From positions 1 through 64,000 of the forward strand of contig JBLIRO010000015.1 in the NCBI GenBank assembly GCA_049472335.1: a DNA stretch of 64,000 nt, read 5' to 3'. The notes beneath the pieces were generated by a model that was given only the letters and a program-made list of their open reading frames with translations, searched no databases and was not told the DNA's origin. A program made the position numbers and the translations under genes. Origin of the DNA: a bacterium (GTDB lineage Bacteria > SZUA-182 > DTGQ01 > JAFGSM01). This document shows, piece by piece, positions 37,755 through 47,698 of this stretch; position 1 is the first letter of the stretch; each line of letters starts with the position of its first letter.

Positions 37755-38642
37755 ATGGATAGAATCGCAAAAGGTTGTATTTTAGGAATTTTATGCATTA
37801 TTTTGACATTTTCACTCAGTACTGCATATGGGCAGGGCTTTTTTAATTTCGAGGCATCCACTGAATTCCTGAACCGGGAAAGCGATTATTACGAGATGAG
37901 AGACTATGGTTTAATAGCGACAAGTTATTTCAAAAAGGTCGATCTTGGCAGTCATCCCTGGGCAGAAGCCGCTTTTATGGAGCATGCCAGCAGTATTTCA
38001 GTGCCTGCGGGAATTATACAGGTTGAAAACTCTGATAGCGAAGATGGGGATGGTTCTGTATTTGGAGTGGATGTTACATATATACATCCCGTTCAACCAA
38101 TCTATGCGAATGTATCCTTCTTTAAAACGGGTGTTGAGTTTGATACCAGCAATGATGAGATCTCAATGAATCAATATAACCTGGGGATCGGGATGTTCGT
38201 CAGGAATGACTTGCTGGTCGCATTTAAATACGGATATGAGAAAGAGGAATTTAAGGATCAAGTCCTTGGTGTCTACAAGGTTAAAAATAATTTGTACAGT
38301 GTTGCTACCAAATGGGTAAATGAGAAGGCTAATGGTACGGCACTCAATCTTGAAGGCAGCATAGGATTGGACAATTACGATAATGGTGTTAATGATGGAT
38401 CAAACACCGTCCTGGGAGTTGCTGCTGATTATTATTTCAATCCCCGGATGAGTGTAGGCACCGGTTTGTCTTTAAATGCAGGTGATGATATGAGTGCCGA
38501 GGGTAACACCTTTGAGATCCGTTCTGCCATATTTTTTAATCCTCGCTTTTCTGTCAGAGCAGCTTTTGAACAGTTTTTTGCTGATAATGACAATGGCGAA
38601 GATGAGCAGACAATTAGCTTTAATCTATCAACACGTTTCTGA
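37755..38642 (+). CDS. Putative outer-membrane porin (Porin_7-like)
   Basis: Signal peptide; YFKKV..PWAEAAFMEHASSI; ADYYFNPRMSVG; C-terminal Phe. Confidence 0.75.
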   Translation: MDRIAKGCILGILCIILTFSLSTAYGQGFFNFEASTEFLNRESDYYEMRDYGLIATSYFKKVDLGSHPWAEAAFMEHASSISVPAGIIQVENSDSEDGDGSVFGVDVTYIHPVQPIYANVSFFKTGVEFDTSNDEISMNQYNLGIGMFVRNDLLVAFKYGYEKEEFKDQVLGVYKVKNNLYSVATKWVNEKANGTALNLEGSIGLDNYDNGVNDGSNTVLGVAADYYFNPRMSVGTGLSLNAGDDMSAEGNTFEIRSAIFFNPRFSVRAAFEQFFADNDNGEDEQTISFNLSTRF

Positions 38643-38676
38643 AAAATAGTAAAACTGGTAGAATGTAAAAAGCCTT

Positions 38677-38781
38677 TGACATAATAAGGGGGGGTGAGCA
38701 AATGGAGACTTTCAGGGTCCGTTCTTTTTTCCCGGCAACCCTTGCCATTGCTCACTCCGCTTATTGGTCATCCGTTTTTTT
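38677..38781 (+). terminator. Long imperfect hairpin followed by T tract
   Basis: tgacataataag..gggtgagcaaatgg pairs with ccattgctcactccgcttattggtca, then ccgttttttt. Confidence 0.5.
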
Positions 38782-39083
38782 AATCATTTATCCTTGCTCA
38801 AACAATTACCTATAATTTTTTTGTTATATTCGCTTTCTCAATCCTTAATAGATTTCAAATGCAAGATCCGGATTTAATATCGATTGATGCGAAAGAGAAA
38901 AATAACCGATTATTTAAAAGAGAGAAGCTGAGGCTGATTCTTGATTATAGGTTTTTAAAGTAGCAGCCGCTTTATAAATTAAGGCCCTTTGATCTGATGT
39001 GCGATTTCTGAGAGAATGAAACAATTAATCTTGAAGAAAGGAGGCCGAAAATTCTTGCCAAAATAAAAAAACCGGATAGACCA

Positions 39084-39434
39084 ATGGAAAAGGAACATGA
39101 CAATCTGAATTCTTTAAAACTGGTGCTTTGGAACTCCGGGACTGAAAATATAAAAAAGGAAGTCAAGATTGTTTTGCCGGATGGCGTAGATATTCAGGAT
39201 GCCAAAGTTGTATCATCCCTGAATCCTTTAAATAATGTTCAGGTCAATGTGGATCCGGCTTCCAGAAACACGGCGGTTATCAATTTTGATAATTTGTCGA
39301 TGAAAGAGGGATGTCTTATATCCTTACTTCATACCAATTCAAAAGAAGAGGCACAAGAGAATCTCTTAAAAAAGGGGATATCCGATCTGGAGAAAGATCT
39401 GCCAAATCACCTAAAAAACGAGATCTCGAATTAG
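39084..39434 (+). CDS. Hypothetical protein, possibly N-terminally truncated
   Basis: 116-aa ORF with plausible beta-rich composition; weak SD. Confidence 0.5.
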   Translation: MEKEHDNLNSLKLVLWNSGTENIKKEVKIVLPDGVDIQDAKVVSSLNPLNNVQVNVDPASRNTAVINFDNLSMKEGCLISLLHTNSKEEAQENLLKKGISDLEKDLPNHLKNEISN

Positions 39435-39546
39435 ATCTCAAATTTAAGTAGACTCTTTATCAAAATACATTCACAGGGTCAGCCGGACTTAATTAATAAT
39501 AGAATGCTATATAGGCAGCAGACGTCCCGATATAGATCCTGATCCT

Positions 39547-40761
39547 CTAATATAGATTCTGATCAATGATGTAACCAATTCCAAAACCTTTATCCAGCAG
39601 GTTATCTCTAATGGGTGTTACATCGATCTTTTTATTCATAAGCATTCGGTATATACCGGCAGACTTGATATCTCCCGCCAGTTGAAACCCGACAATGCGG
39701 TTGTCAGACAGATACAGTTTTTTCAGGACATTATCCCTCCGTATACACACCTCCTCTCCTTCTTTTATACCGGCGGCAATAATTTTGATACCCAGATGCT
39801 TGAGACTATGCATGTTTTCGGCTCCTTCATAGGAGAAATCCCACCCAAGTATCCTTTGGGCAACTAAACGGCCCTGGGATATCGCATTAGGGAAAATGGC
39901 ATGCACATATCTTTTGCCGGTTAATAGATCAAGAGTTTCAGCTACATCTCCCGCCGCGTATACATCGGGGAAATTGGTCTGAAGGTGCTCATCAACCGGG
40001 ATGCCCCATTTGGTTTGGATGCCCGATCCTTTTAGACACTCTATGTTTGGCTTTACTCCTGTCGCTGCAATCAAAATGTCTGAATTCAGTGTCTCTCCTG
40101 ATTCCAGTTCCACGGCCTCAGCCCGGGCATCCCCTACAAATCCCTTTACCCTTGTTTTTAGCCGAACATCAACATTGCTTTCCTTTACTGATCGAAGGGC
40201 AATTTCTGCCGTTTCAGCGTCCAGGCTGTTGGGCATAATCTGGCTGCCCATTTCAAACAGGGTTACATTGAGACCCAGTTTGCTGAGGAGAAGGGCAATT
40301 TCAACACCGATAAAGCCTGCACCAACAATGATCGCGTTATGTAAAAGACCTTTCCGAATCTCTTTAACCATTTTATCAGCAGCCATGAAAGATTTGAAAT
40401 TGTAGATGCCGGGTTTATCTGCTCCTGGTAATGGAGCATAAGGACGGCTTCCTGAAGCAATCACCAGTCTGTCATAATTAAACTTCCCACCGTCAGCCAG
40501 GCGAATTGCATGATCTTCGGGTATGATCTCCACAACTTCTTTCTCAGGCCTATAGTCCAGTTCGAGGGTTTCCGGAACATCTTTCCACCTCCATAGGTGA
40601 GATTCCCGGTCAGTCATGAAATAGTCTATCATTGCAGGTGGTGAATATGGAGGGGAAGGCTCACTGGAGAATAGAAGGATTTCTTCACGATAATTATTCT
40701 GCCGCAAAGTCTCTGCCACAGTTATACCTGCAGGACCTGCTCCTATGATAATTATTTTCAT
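39547..40761 (-). CDS. FAD/NAD(P)-dependent oxidoreductase (CODH-associated FNOR type)
   Basis: GAGPAG, GAGFIG, YAAGDVAE motifs. Confidence 0.92.
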   Translation of the reverse strand: MKIIIIGAGPAGITVAETLRQNNYREEILLFSSEPSPPYSPPAMIDYFMTDRESHLWRWKDVPETLELDYRPEKEVVEIIPEDHAIRLADGGKFNYDRLVIASGSRPYAPLPGADKPGIYNFKSFMAADKMVKEIRKGLLHNAIIVGAGFIGVEIALLLSKLGLNVTLFEMGSQIMPNSLDAETAEIALRSVKESNVDVRLKTRVKGFVGDARAEAVELESGETLNSDILIAATGVKPNIECLKGSGIQTKWGIPVDEHLQTNFPDVYAAGDVAETLDLLTGKRYVHAIFPNAISQGRLVAQRILGWDFSYEGAENMHSLKHLGIKIIAAGIKEGEEVCIRRDNVLKKLYLSDNRIVGFQLAGDIKSAGIYRMLMNKKIDVTPIRDNLLDKGFGIGYIIDQNLY

Positions 40762-40780
40762 TGGCGTCTCCTAATGCTTA

Positions 40781-42727
40781 TTAAGAGGTTGCATCCGGCA
40801 TGGGAATGCTGTCAGGTTCGATGAAAGGCAGCCCCAGGGCTTTACGCTTTTTTTCGATGTGTCGTTGAATTAGAACGGCTGCCGCTTCCGGGTCCGGCTC
40901 AACGGCAAAGGTCGCACCGACAACATCCTCTAAGCCCTCTGCCAATAGACTTACAACATTAGGGCTTCCAAAGATAGCTGGTTGAACCCCCAGCACGGTG
41001 TAAATTCCGGAAGCCACAACATATGAACCTATGGATACCGCCTTTTCCGAATACCATTCGGGAGCCGCGCCTGCTAGCGGAAGAGCGCTTATATCCACAC
41101 CAAGGAAATTGGCTAGGGCCGCTGCCAGCACCAAAATACGGGTATTATCCACGCAGGACCCCATATGGAGTACGGGAGGGATGCCCAGTGTCCTACAAAC
41201 AGTGCCCAGGCCAGGGCCTGCCATATCAGCGGCATCCGGCATCATATGACCAACCTTGCCATTGGCTACGGCAGCACAACCTGTAACCACGACCAGGATA
41301 TCTTTCTCGATAAGCCTCTGGGTCAGGGTGACGTGCGCATAATCCTGTCTTATCTTCGGATTGTTGCAACCTACCACGCCTACGGCACCACGGATCTTTC
41401 CTTCTTTGATTGCATTGACAAGAGGCTCCGGTGTGCCGCCAAGGGCTCCTACAATAGCCTCTACAGAGAAGCCGGCCATCAGATTTGTAGGTTCAACGGG
41501 TATATTCACACGTTCAGGGACCCTGTTGACAAAGTTTTCAATCGCCAGCCGTACTATATCTTTACCTATCTCAAGCCCGCGCTTGGGATCAAAGGACATA
41601 TGAATCGCGCCTTTAAACTTGGCCTTGTCAAATGTAGATATAACCTTCGTGTGGAAGCACTTGGCGACATCCGTCACTGCGGGCATGATGCATTGATAGT
41701 CGACGATCATTGCCTCCAGTGCCCCGGTCATGATAGTCAATTCCTGCATCAGATGGTTCCCTGCCATGGGGATGCCTCTTCTCATCAATAGCTCATTGCC
41801 GGTACAGCAGAGTCCCACCAGGTTTATCCCTTGTGCCCCTTTTTCTGCAGCCAGATTAATCAGTTCCGGATCCTGGGCGGCCCGCACAATTACATCAGAG
41901 AGCATTGGATTATGTCCATGAAGTGCGATATTGACATGATCGGATTTGAGGACCCCGAGGTTTACACATGATTGAATGGGATTAGGGGTCCCGAAGAGGA
42001 CATCGGAGATTTCAGTTGCAACCATAGACCCGCCCCAACCATCGGAGAGACTGGTACGAAGTGCGTGTAACAAGATATTGACATAGTCATTATCAACGCC
42101 CATATGGGTTCGATGCAGCACCTCTACGTTCTCTCTGTCGATACCACGGGGTATTATTCCCAGGTTCTCCCAGATAGCCTTACGGGATTCGGGCGCCCTG
42201 TTGACAAAGGTAAGGCATTCCTTTCGGGTCCCGAAATCCTCCATTATCTCCCAGGCAAGGTCTTTTGCAATCTCCTTTGGCTCCCGGCCGTCTACTGGTA
42301 CCCCGTATTCCGTAGCCAGTCTTTTGAGTTTTTCTACATCAGTGATTTCATAGGCTGTTGTGTCTCCCTGGCCTGTATGGTATAAAGCCTCCAATATGTC
42401 CCGACCATGATCGGAATGGGCCGACGCACCTGCGGCTATGGATCGTGCCAGGTTGCGGGATACAACTATATCCGCGTCCGCGCCGCAAACCCCCTTCTTA
42501 GGCCCTGTTTCATCAAATGGGTCGATTCGGCAAGGACCCATTGCGCAGTTGCGGCAACTAAGTCCAAGGGCGCAGTATCCGCATTGGGGCTCTTGATCAG
42601 CCAGCCGGTCCCATGCAGTCTCGATGTTTTCCTCCTTTGCAATGCTCAACATGTCCTGAGCATCTATGTGTATGCTGAATTTATCAAAATCCTGACCTTG
42701 TCTGTTTCGATTACGCATGCCTGCCAT
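40781..42727 (-). CDS. cooS: Anaerobic Ni-Fe carbon monoxide dehydrogenase catalytic subunit
   Basis: B-cluster CRNCAMGPC..VCG; C-cluster HGHNP, CCTG, DYQC, GCNN, TGC, GSCVDN; SEKA. Confidence 0.97.
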   Translation of the reverse strand: MAGMRNRNRQGQDFDKFSIHIDAQDMLSIAKEENIETAWDRLADQEPQCGYCALGLSCRNCAMGPCRIDPFDETGPKKGVCGADADIVVSRNLARSIAAGASAHSDHGRDILEALYHTGQGDTTAYEITDVEKLKRLATEYGVPVDGREPKEIAKDLAWEIMEDFGTRKECLTFVNRAPESRKAIWENLGIIPRGIDRENVEVLHRTHMGVDNDYVNILLHALRTSLSDGWGGSMVATEISDVLFGTPNPIQSCVNLGVLKSDHVNIALHGHNPMLSDVIVRAAQDPELINLAAEKGAQGINLVGLCCTGNELLMRRGIPMAGNHLMQELTIMTGALEAMIVDYQCIMPAVTDVAKCFHTKVISTFDKAKFKGAIHMSFDPKRGLEIGKDIVRLAIENFVNRVPERVNIPVEPTNLMAGFSVEAIVGALGGTPEPLVNAIKEGKIRGAVGVVGCNNPKIRQDYAHVTLTQRLIEKDILVVVTGCAAVANGKVGHMMPDAADMAGPGLGTVCRTLGIPPVLHMGSCVDNTRILVLAAALANFLGVDISALPLAGAAPEWYSEKAVSIGSYVVASGIYTVLGVQPAIFGSPNVVSLLAEGLEDVVGATFAVEPDPEAAAVLIQRHIEKKRKALGLPFIEPDSIPMPDATS

Positions 42728-42742
42728 TATAACCTCCCTAAG

Positions 42743-43360
42743 TTATCGTTTGTTCATTTTTTCAACTTTTTTGCCCCATCCACGCCAGGATTCCATATGT
42801 TTGGGGACACGCAACATTTCTGGCTTAGTCTCGCCCACACCCACTGAAATTTCCTTAGATAAGCGCGTGCGAGCCGATTTTATAAGATCATTCAATTCAC
42901 CAAATACAAGTGCATCAACCTTACAGGCTTCAACACAGGCAGGGACCTTCCCTTTTCGCCGGCGATCGATACAGTGATCGCATTTTACTGCGACAGATTT
43001 TCCTGGTCCCGAATCCTGTTGGGGACAAAAGGTGAGTACATCAAAAGGACAGACCATCGCGCACATTGCGCAGGTGATACACTTCTTTCCATCGACAAGA
43101 ACCATACCATGATCGGAATCGCGGCTGATTGCTCCCGTAGGGCAAACGCCCATGCATGGAGCCGGATCACAGTGGCGACACTGGTTGGGCAAAGAGGAGT
43201 TAAGATATAGTCCGGGTGCAACGAGAATACGGGGACGAGGAGTGATACGTTCATAAATCGCTTTGTAAATATTCTTGCTTTCGGAATGCTCGACTGCACA
43301 AGCTATCTGACATTGTTTGCAGCCGATACACCGTTCAGGATTGATAAATATAGTTTTCAT
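42743..43360 (-). CDS. cooF: CooF-like 4x[4Fe-4S] protein
   Basis: CIGCKQCQIAC, CRHC..APCMGVCP, CITCAMCAMVCP, KCDHC..PACVEAC; adjacent to cooS. Confidence 0.88.
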   Translation of the reverse strand: MKTIFINPERCIGCKQCQIACAVEHSESKNIYKAIYERITPRPRILVAPGLYLNSSLPNQCRHCDPAPCMGVCPTGAISRDSDHGMVLVDGKKCITCAMCAMVCPFDVLTFCPQQDSGPGKSVAVKCDHCIDRRRKGKVPACVEACKVDALVFGELNDLIKSARTRLSKEISVGVGETKPEMLRVPKHMESWRGWGKKVEKMNKR

Positions 43361-43814
43361 GTAGGTTGCCTCCTTTTTTGAGCGGAAAGGCTAATATACT
43401 CCTTTTCAACCTCCCGCTTAACGAAAAGGGAATATAATAATGCTCGTGATTTTTATTCTTTTTATATCCAATTGCATAAGCTAAGGGGGGTGTCTTTGCA
43501 AGGAAAATTAATTAATCTAAAGCTCAAGATTCTGCTGTCGCTTACTTCTCACAATAATTTCATAGTGTGATGATTAAAACTTAATATAAAAGGTTTGTCC
43601 TAAAGTTATTTTTCAGGTGTATAGTATGCTTGAAAAACAATTAGTTAGAAATATTATTATTTTTCAGCCAACATATTTTATTTATCGGACAAACAATAAA
43701 AATATATCTAAGGATTTTGAATCTGTCAACCAGAAACAGGATTCTCTAAGGGAATGCAAGATTTTGACTCCGATTTTATGGTTAAAGAAGGGGATTTAAA
43801 TTTAAAAAGGGAGT

Positions 43815-44318
43815 TTAATTGGTAATCTCGGTCGTGCTCTGAGAAACATGCCTTTCAATGTATATAATGAATTCATTAATCTGTAATTCTAGCACTGAAA
43901 GTTGTTTTTCTGCACCCTTAAGCTTTTTTTCTTTGCCCATTTTTTCCAATTTCAAGGCTGTATCTTTAATCTCTGATATATTAAAATTCGTTAAGGAACC
44001 TGCCAGTCTATGGGCGGCCTTTTCAACAGATTCAGGGTTATTTTCAAGGATCATTTTGCGTATCGTTTCTATCTGATTCGGATAGGTTTCCAGAAATATT
44101 TCAAATATTTCTTTAAAGAATTCTAAGTCACCATCAAAATTACTTGTAATTATTGACATGTCAAAATCAAGACCATAAGAAATCTCTTTTTGATTGTTCT
44201 TTGTATTTTTAGCTTTAATATCCGGTTGATTACCAGGATACACTTCAGTCACAAAACCCTTTATTTCCTGGCTGTTTCTCTTATTTTTGGACTTAATAAT
44301 TGACTGGGTTTTGGTCAT
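43815..44318 (-). CDS. Hpt (histidine phosphotransfer) domain protein
   Basis: GDLEFFKEIFEIFL...AAHRLAGSL...ALKLE. Confidence 0.85.
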   Translation of the reverse strand: MTKTQSIIKSKNKRNSQEIKGFVTEVYPGNQPDIKAKNTKNNQKEISYGLDFDMSIITSNFDGDLEFFKEIFEIFLETYPNQIETIRKMILENNPESVEKAAHRLAGSLTNFNISEIKDTALKLEKMGKEKKLKGAEKQLSVLELQINEFIIYIERHVSQSTTEITN

Positions 44319-44625
44319 AAAATCCTCTTAAAATGATATTGTAAAACAATTTTTGTATTCTTTATTTAAATCGTCTTTTTTAAAACTTTTCACTGATTAT
44401 CTGGGCTGATTCCTTTGGATATCGAGATGTAATTCGGGCCGGTAACTTTTCATTTGTCTTTTAAACTTGAATTTTGCTTGCAATGATTATTCAATATAAT
44501 TATAATTGTATTATATTCCCTTTTCTCATTGTTGTATCAAAACTATTGCATCCAATTATTTAGTCATTATTGTCAGATTGCTTATGATCATAGTCGAATT
44601 CTCGTCTCTTTTGGCTTATTATACG

Positions 44626-44653
44626 TTGACATAATGATTCGGATATATATCAT
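44626..44653 (+). promoter_or_regulatory. Sigma70-type promoter candidate for the MucR-family gene
   Basis: TTGACA-16 nt-TATCAT. Confidence 0.45.
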
Positions 44654-44790
44654 GTTTTGTTTAGTCTTATACCACTAAGAAGAGAAACAAACTGGAAAAA
44701 ATAATGATAAATCAATTTTATTGTTATTTTCCTGTGTTTTTATAACTGAAAAAATTACTTAAACTTTAGCTCTAAAAGGAGGAGGGAAAA

Positions 44791-45243
44791 ATGTCAAAGA
44801 CATTGGTAGAAATGGCTGCCGAAATAGTAACAGCGCAAGCATCAAATACACAGATGTCATCGGAAGAAATAAGCGATACCTTAAAAAAATTATTTTTTAC
44901 ACTTAAAGACATCAAAGATAAAGAAGAAGGAGGGGGGACTTTATTTGAAGTCGCTGGCATAGAAAAGGGTCAGGCTCCTGTTGAGCCGAAGGATTCGATC
45001 CAGAGAAACAAGATCGTTTGCCTGGAATGTGGCAAGGAGTTCAAGCAGCTTTCTAAATCTCATTTAAAGACCCATGATCTGACACCCAGGGAATACAAAA
45101 AAAAATATGGCCTTAAAACCGGCCAGGCTTTAGTAGCTAAGTCGCTAACGGCAAAAAGAAGAAAATTGGCAAAGGAAAAGAAGTTGGGCAGCAAGCTTGC
45201 AGAATACCGTAAGAAAAAGGCTGCTGGTAAAGCCACGGGATAG
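44791..45243 (+). CDS. MucR/Ros family zinc-finger regulator
   Basis: LVEMAAEIV..AQ; IVCLECGKEFKQL..HLKTH.LTPREYKKKYGL; SD AAGGAGG. Confidence 0.92.
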   Translation: MSKTLVEMAAEIVTAQASNTQMSSEEISDTLKKLFFTLKDIKDKEEGGGTLFEVAGIEKGQAPVEPKDSIQRNKIVCLECGKEFKQLSKSHLKTHDLTPREYKKKYGLKTGQALVAKSLTAKRRKLAKEKKLGSKLAEYRKKKAAGKATG

Positions 45244-45362
45244 TTATAGCAAGTTTTTGGAAACCTTATAAGTAACTTATTTAAGATTCTTTAAGAAAGT
45301 TGGTCCGGTTGGCTTGTTGTTTTGCTGATTAGAAATTTATAGGAGGATTTATTTTTAATATC

Positions 45363-46013
45363 ATGAGGATTGTGGTAATTGGGGATATTCATGAAAGTGT
45401 CGGAAATTTAGAAGATATAAATGATATATCCAAGGCATCATGTGTAATAATTAACGGAGATCTGACTAATGTCGGGGGGATTGAGCGGGCTAAAAAGGTT
45501 ATCGAGTATATAAATTATTTTAATCCCTCCGTATATGCCCAGGCTGGCAATTTCGACAGAAAAGAGGTGGAAACATATCTGATTGAACAAGGTATTAGCT
45601 TGCATGGTAATGGATTTATAAAGGGGAATATTGGAATTTTCGGTGTTGGAGGATCAAACAAGACCCCTTTCGGCACCCCTAACGAGTTTGAAGAAAATGA
45701 GATAGAATCATTCATATTTGAGGGGTATAAGAAGGTGAAAAATGCACCCCTGAAGCTTTTTATCTCCCATGCTCCGCCTTTTCATTCATCAGTAGATATT
45801 GTTACCAGTGGCCAGCATGTAGGAAGCAAGGCTGTAAGGGCTTTCATCGATAATTATCAGCCCGATGTGTGTATAACCGGCCATATACATGAGGCAAAGG
45901 GAGAAGACAGGATTGGGCAAACGAGGATAATAAATCCAGGACCATTTAAGAATGGAGGCTACGTCGAAATCATTGAAGAAAAAGGTTTTTTAAGAGCGAT
46001 TTTGATGCAGTAA
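45363..46013 (+). CDS. Calcineurin-like metallophosphoesterase
   Basis: GDIH, GDLT, GNFD, SHAPP, GHIHE. Confidence 0.92.
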   Translation: MRIVVIGDIHESVGNLEDINDISKASCVIINGDLTNVGGIERAKKVIEYINYFNPSVYAQAGNFDRKEVETYLIEQGISLHGNGFIKGNIGIFGVGGSNKTPFGTPNEFEENEIESFIFEGYKKVKNAPLKLFISHAPPFHSSVDIVTSGQHVGSKAVRAFIDNYQPDVCITGHIHEAKGEDRIGQTRIINPGPFKNGGYVEIIEEKGFLRAILMQ

Positions 46014-46033
46014 TTGCTATACAAGGGCTAAGT

Positions 46034-46375
46034 ATGATAAACGCTTATGAGTTTGGATCAATTATTGTTAACGGCAAGGAATATACAAGGGACATAATTA
46101 TTTATCCGGATGGACATATAAAGGATTCATGGTGGAGGAAGGATGGGCACAGGCTTTCAAATGAAGATTTAACAGACCTTATCAAATCGGGACCGGAGAT
46201 AATTATTGCTGGCACCGGCGCCTATGGATTGATGCGGCCCGAAGAGGGATTAAAAAACCAACTCCAAAAAAGCGGTATTGAATTTAAATCAGCACCATCC
46301 GGGGATGCAATTAAGCTGTATAATAAACTCTATGAGAAAAAGAGGGTAGGCGCTTGTTTTCATTTGACTTGTTGA
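46034..46375 (+). CDS. Mth938-like (DUF498) protein
   Basis: YEFGSIIVNG..DIII, IIAGTG, C-terminal FHLTC. Confidence 0.9.
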   Translation: MINAYEFGSIIVNGKEYTRDIIIYPDGHIKDSWWRKDGHRLSNEDLTDLIKSGPEIIIAGTGAYGLMRPEEGLKNQLQKSGIEFKSAPSGDAIKLYNKLYEKKRVGACFHLTC

Positions 46376-46434
46376 TATCTTAACAGGATAATTCGTATCC
46401 AAAATTTCTCCATTCGAAAAAATTCCTGTTTTTA

Positions 46435-46463
46435 TTGACTAGTAATACTGTTGGTGTCATAAT
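46435..46463 (+). promoter_or_regulatory. Sigma70-type promoter candidate for the cupin gene
   Basis: TTGACT-17 nt-CATAAT with extended TG. Confidence 0.5.
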
Positions 46464-46513
46464 GGACTAATATCTCACAAATAAAACGATAATAATTTTT
46501 CAAGGGGATAAGG

Positions 46514-46783
46514 ATGAAAATCGAGGTTAAAAGAGCAAACAAGGAAGAAATGGAAAAAAAAGGTGTAACTTCCTGGCCGATATGGGAAAAAGAGATTTCG
46601 AAATTCGATTGGTACTATGATTCAACTGAAGAATGTTACTTGTTGCAAGGCTCGGTTGAGGTAGTAACTGAAGAAGGCGAAAAAGTGAAATTTGGAAAAG
46701 GTGATTTCGTGACCTTTCCCAAGGGACTTTCCTGTACCTGGGACATAAAGGAGCCTGTAAAGAAACATTATAATTTCAGGTAA
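46514..46783 (+). CDS. Cupin (DUF861/cupin_3) protein
   Basis: WPIWEKE.SKFDWYY..EECY..G.V...GDFVTFPKG.SCTW. Confidence 0.9.
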   Translation: MKIEVKRANKEEMEKKGVTSWPIWEKEISKFDWYYDSTEECYLLQGSVEVVTEEGEKVKFGKGDFVTFPKGLSCTWDIKEPVKKHYNFR

Positions 46784-46895
46784 AAAAAAACAGAAAATCA
46801 TATTTTTAAAAAATATCAATTACTCTTATAATGACCTTCCTATGAGTCTTCTGTGCTTGAAACCTTCCTGATATATTTTGACAGTTCGGCTGGGC

Positions 46896-46915
46896 TGTTG
46901 CAACATTTCGCAACA
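46896..46915. promoter_or_regulatory. Palindromic operator / candidate enhancer (UAS)
   Basis: TGTTGC-N8-GCAACA about 85 bp upstream of a sigma54 motif, with an AT-rich spacer. Confidence 0.5.
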
Positions 46916-46998
46916 CTATGTGTCTGTCATGTCTAAAATATAAATTATAAAAAAAATATAAAACAAATAATTAAAGGGTATAGGCCTTTATCCCCACA

Positions 46999-47014
46999 TG
47001 GCATCTTTAATGCA
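46999..47014 (+). promoter_or_regulatory. Sigma54 (-24/-12) promoter
   Basis: TGGCAT-CTTTA-ATGCA, correct GG/GC spacing. Confidence 0.6.
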
Positions 47015-47117
47015 GATTAAGAATATATATTAAAAATACCTTGTTCTTTTAAAATCTTATCACATTATACCCTTTATCTTTTTTTTCTGTTATTTAAAAA
47101 AATAAAGGGGGATAATT

Positions 47118-47207
47118 ATGTTTAATGTAATTATATGGATAGCAATTTTGGGGATTTTAAGTATTCTTTGTGTTTGGATTTCAAATATTGGCCATCAAAA
47201 AGAGTAA
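47118..47207 (+). CDS. Unannotated 29-aa single-pass membrane peptide
   Basis: SD AAAGGGGG + ATG; MFNVIIWIAILGILSILCVWISNIGHQKE; lies downstream of the sigma54 motif. Confidence 0.55.
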   Translation: MFNVIIWIAILGILSILCVWISNIGHQKE

Positions 47208-47698
47208 TGATTTTTTTTATTGATCGTCTAATATTTTATCTTGTATTATTTATAAAATATAAGGTTGAGTATTTTACTATCTCTTAAAAGAGGACCGTTT
47301 ATTACGGAAAACTTATGATAGTAAAGCTCCCCCCAGGCTTACTATCCGAATTTTCAGAATATCAAATAAAAATAATCCATTTAGATCGGATGGAGACATT
47401 TTTTGATTAAAAAGATTGCTTCTATTTTTATCGTTAAAAGTACAATCTTTGTGAGTAAAAATAATGATCAAAATCATATGAATTCAATTCATTTTGAGGA
47501 TGAACCGGTGCATCGGAAAAAGCGAAGAATTTAAGCAATAGGATATTGCTTAGCTTATTCGCGATTATAAACAATCTGATTGATTGTTATTTAATATAAG
47601 GGAAGGGGGTGATATGGTCAAAATTTTATAATAAAATTCCAACTATCGTTTATAGGTCAACCATAAAATCAACTTTAAGATTAGTTGGGGGGTTAGGC

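Noticed and set aside
38677..38770. Long hairpin as SRP or 6S RNA
   Set aside because: Lacks the SRP GGAA-loop/AGCAG motif and is too short for 6S RNA
41023..42847. Long plus-strand ORFs opposite cooS
   Set aside because: Antisense shadows with no motifs
43547..43571. TCACA...TGTGA as a CooA/CRP site upstream of cooF
   Set aside because: Half-sites are in the wrong orientation and spacing for TGTGA-N6-TCACA or TGTCA-N6-TGACA
47609..47698. GTG-start extension of the Gly/Tyr protein
   Set aside because: The GTG lies inside the SD-like motif; ATG 47699 gives a normal signal peptide
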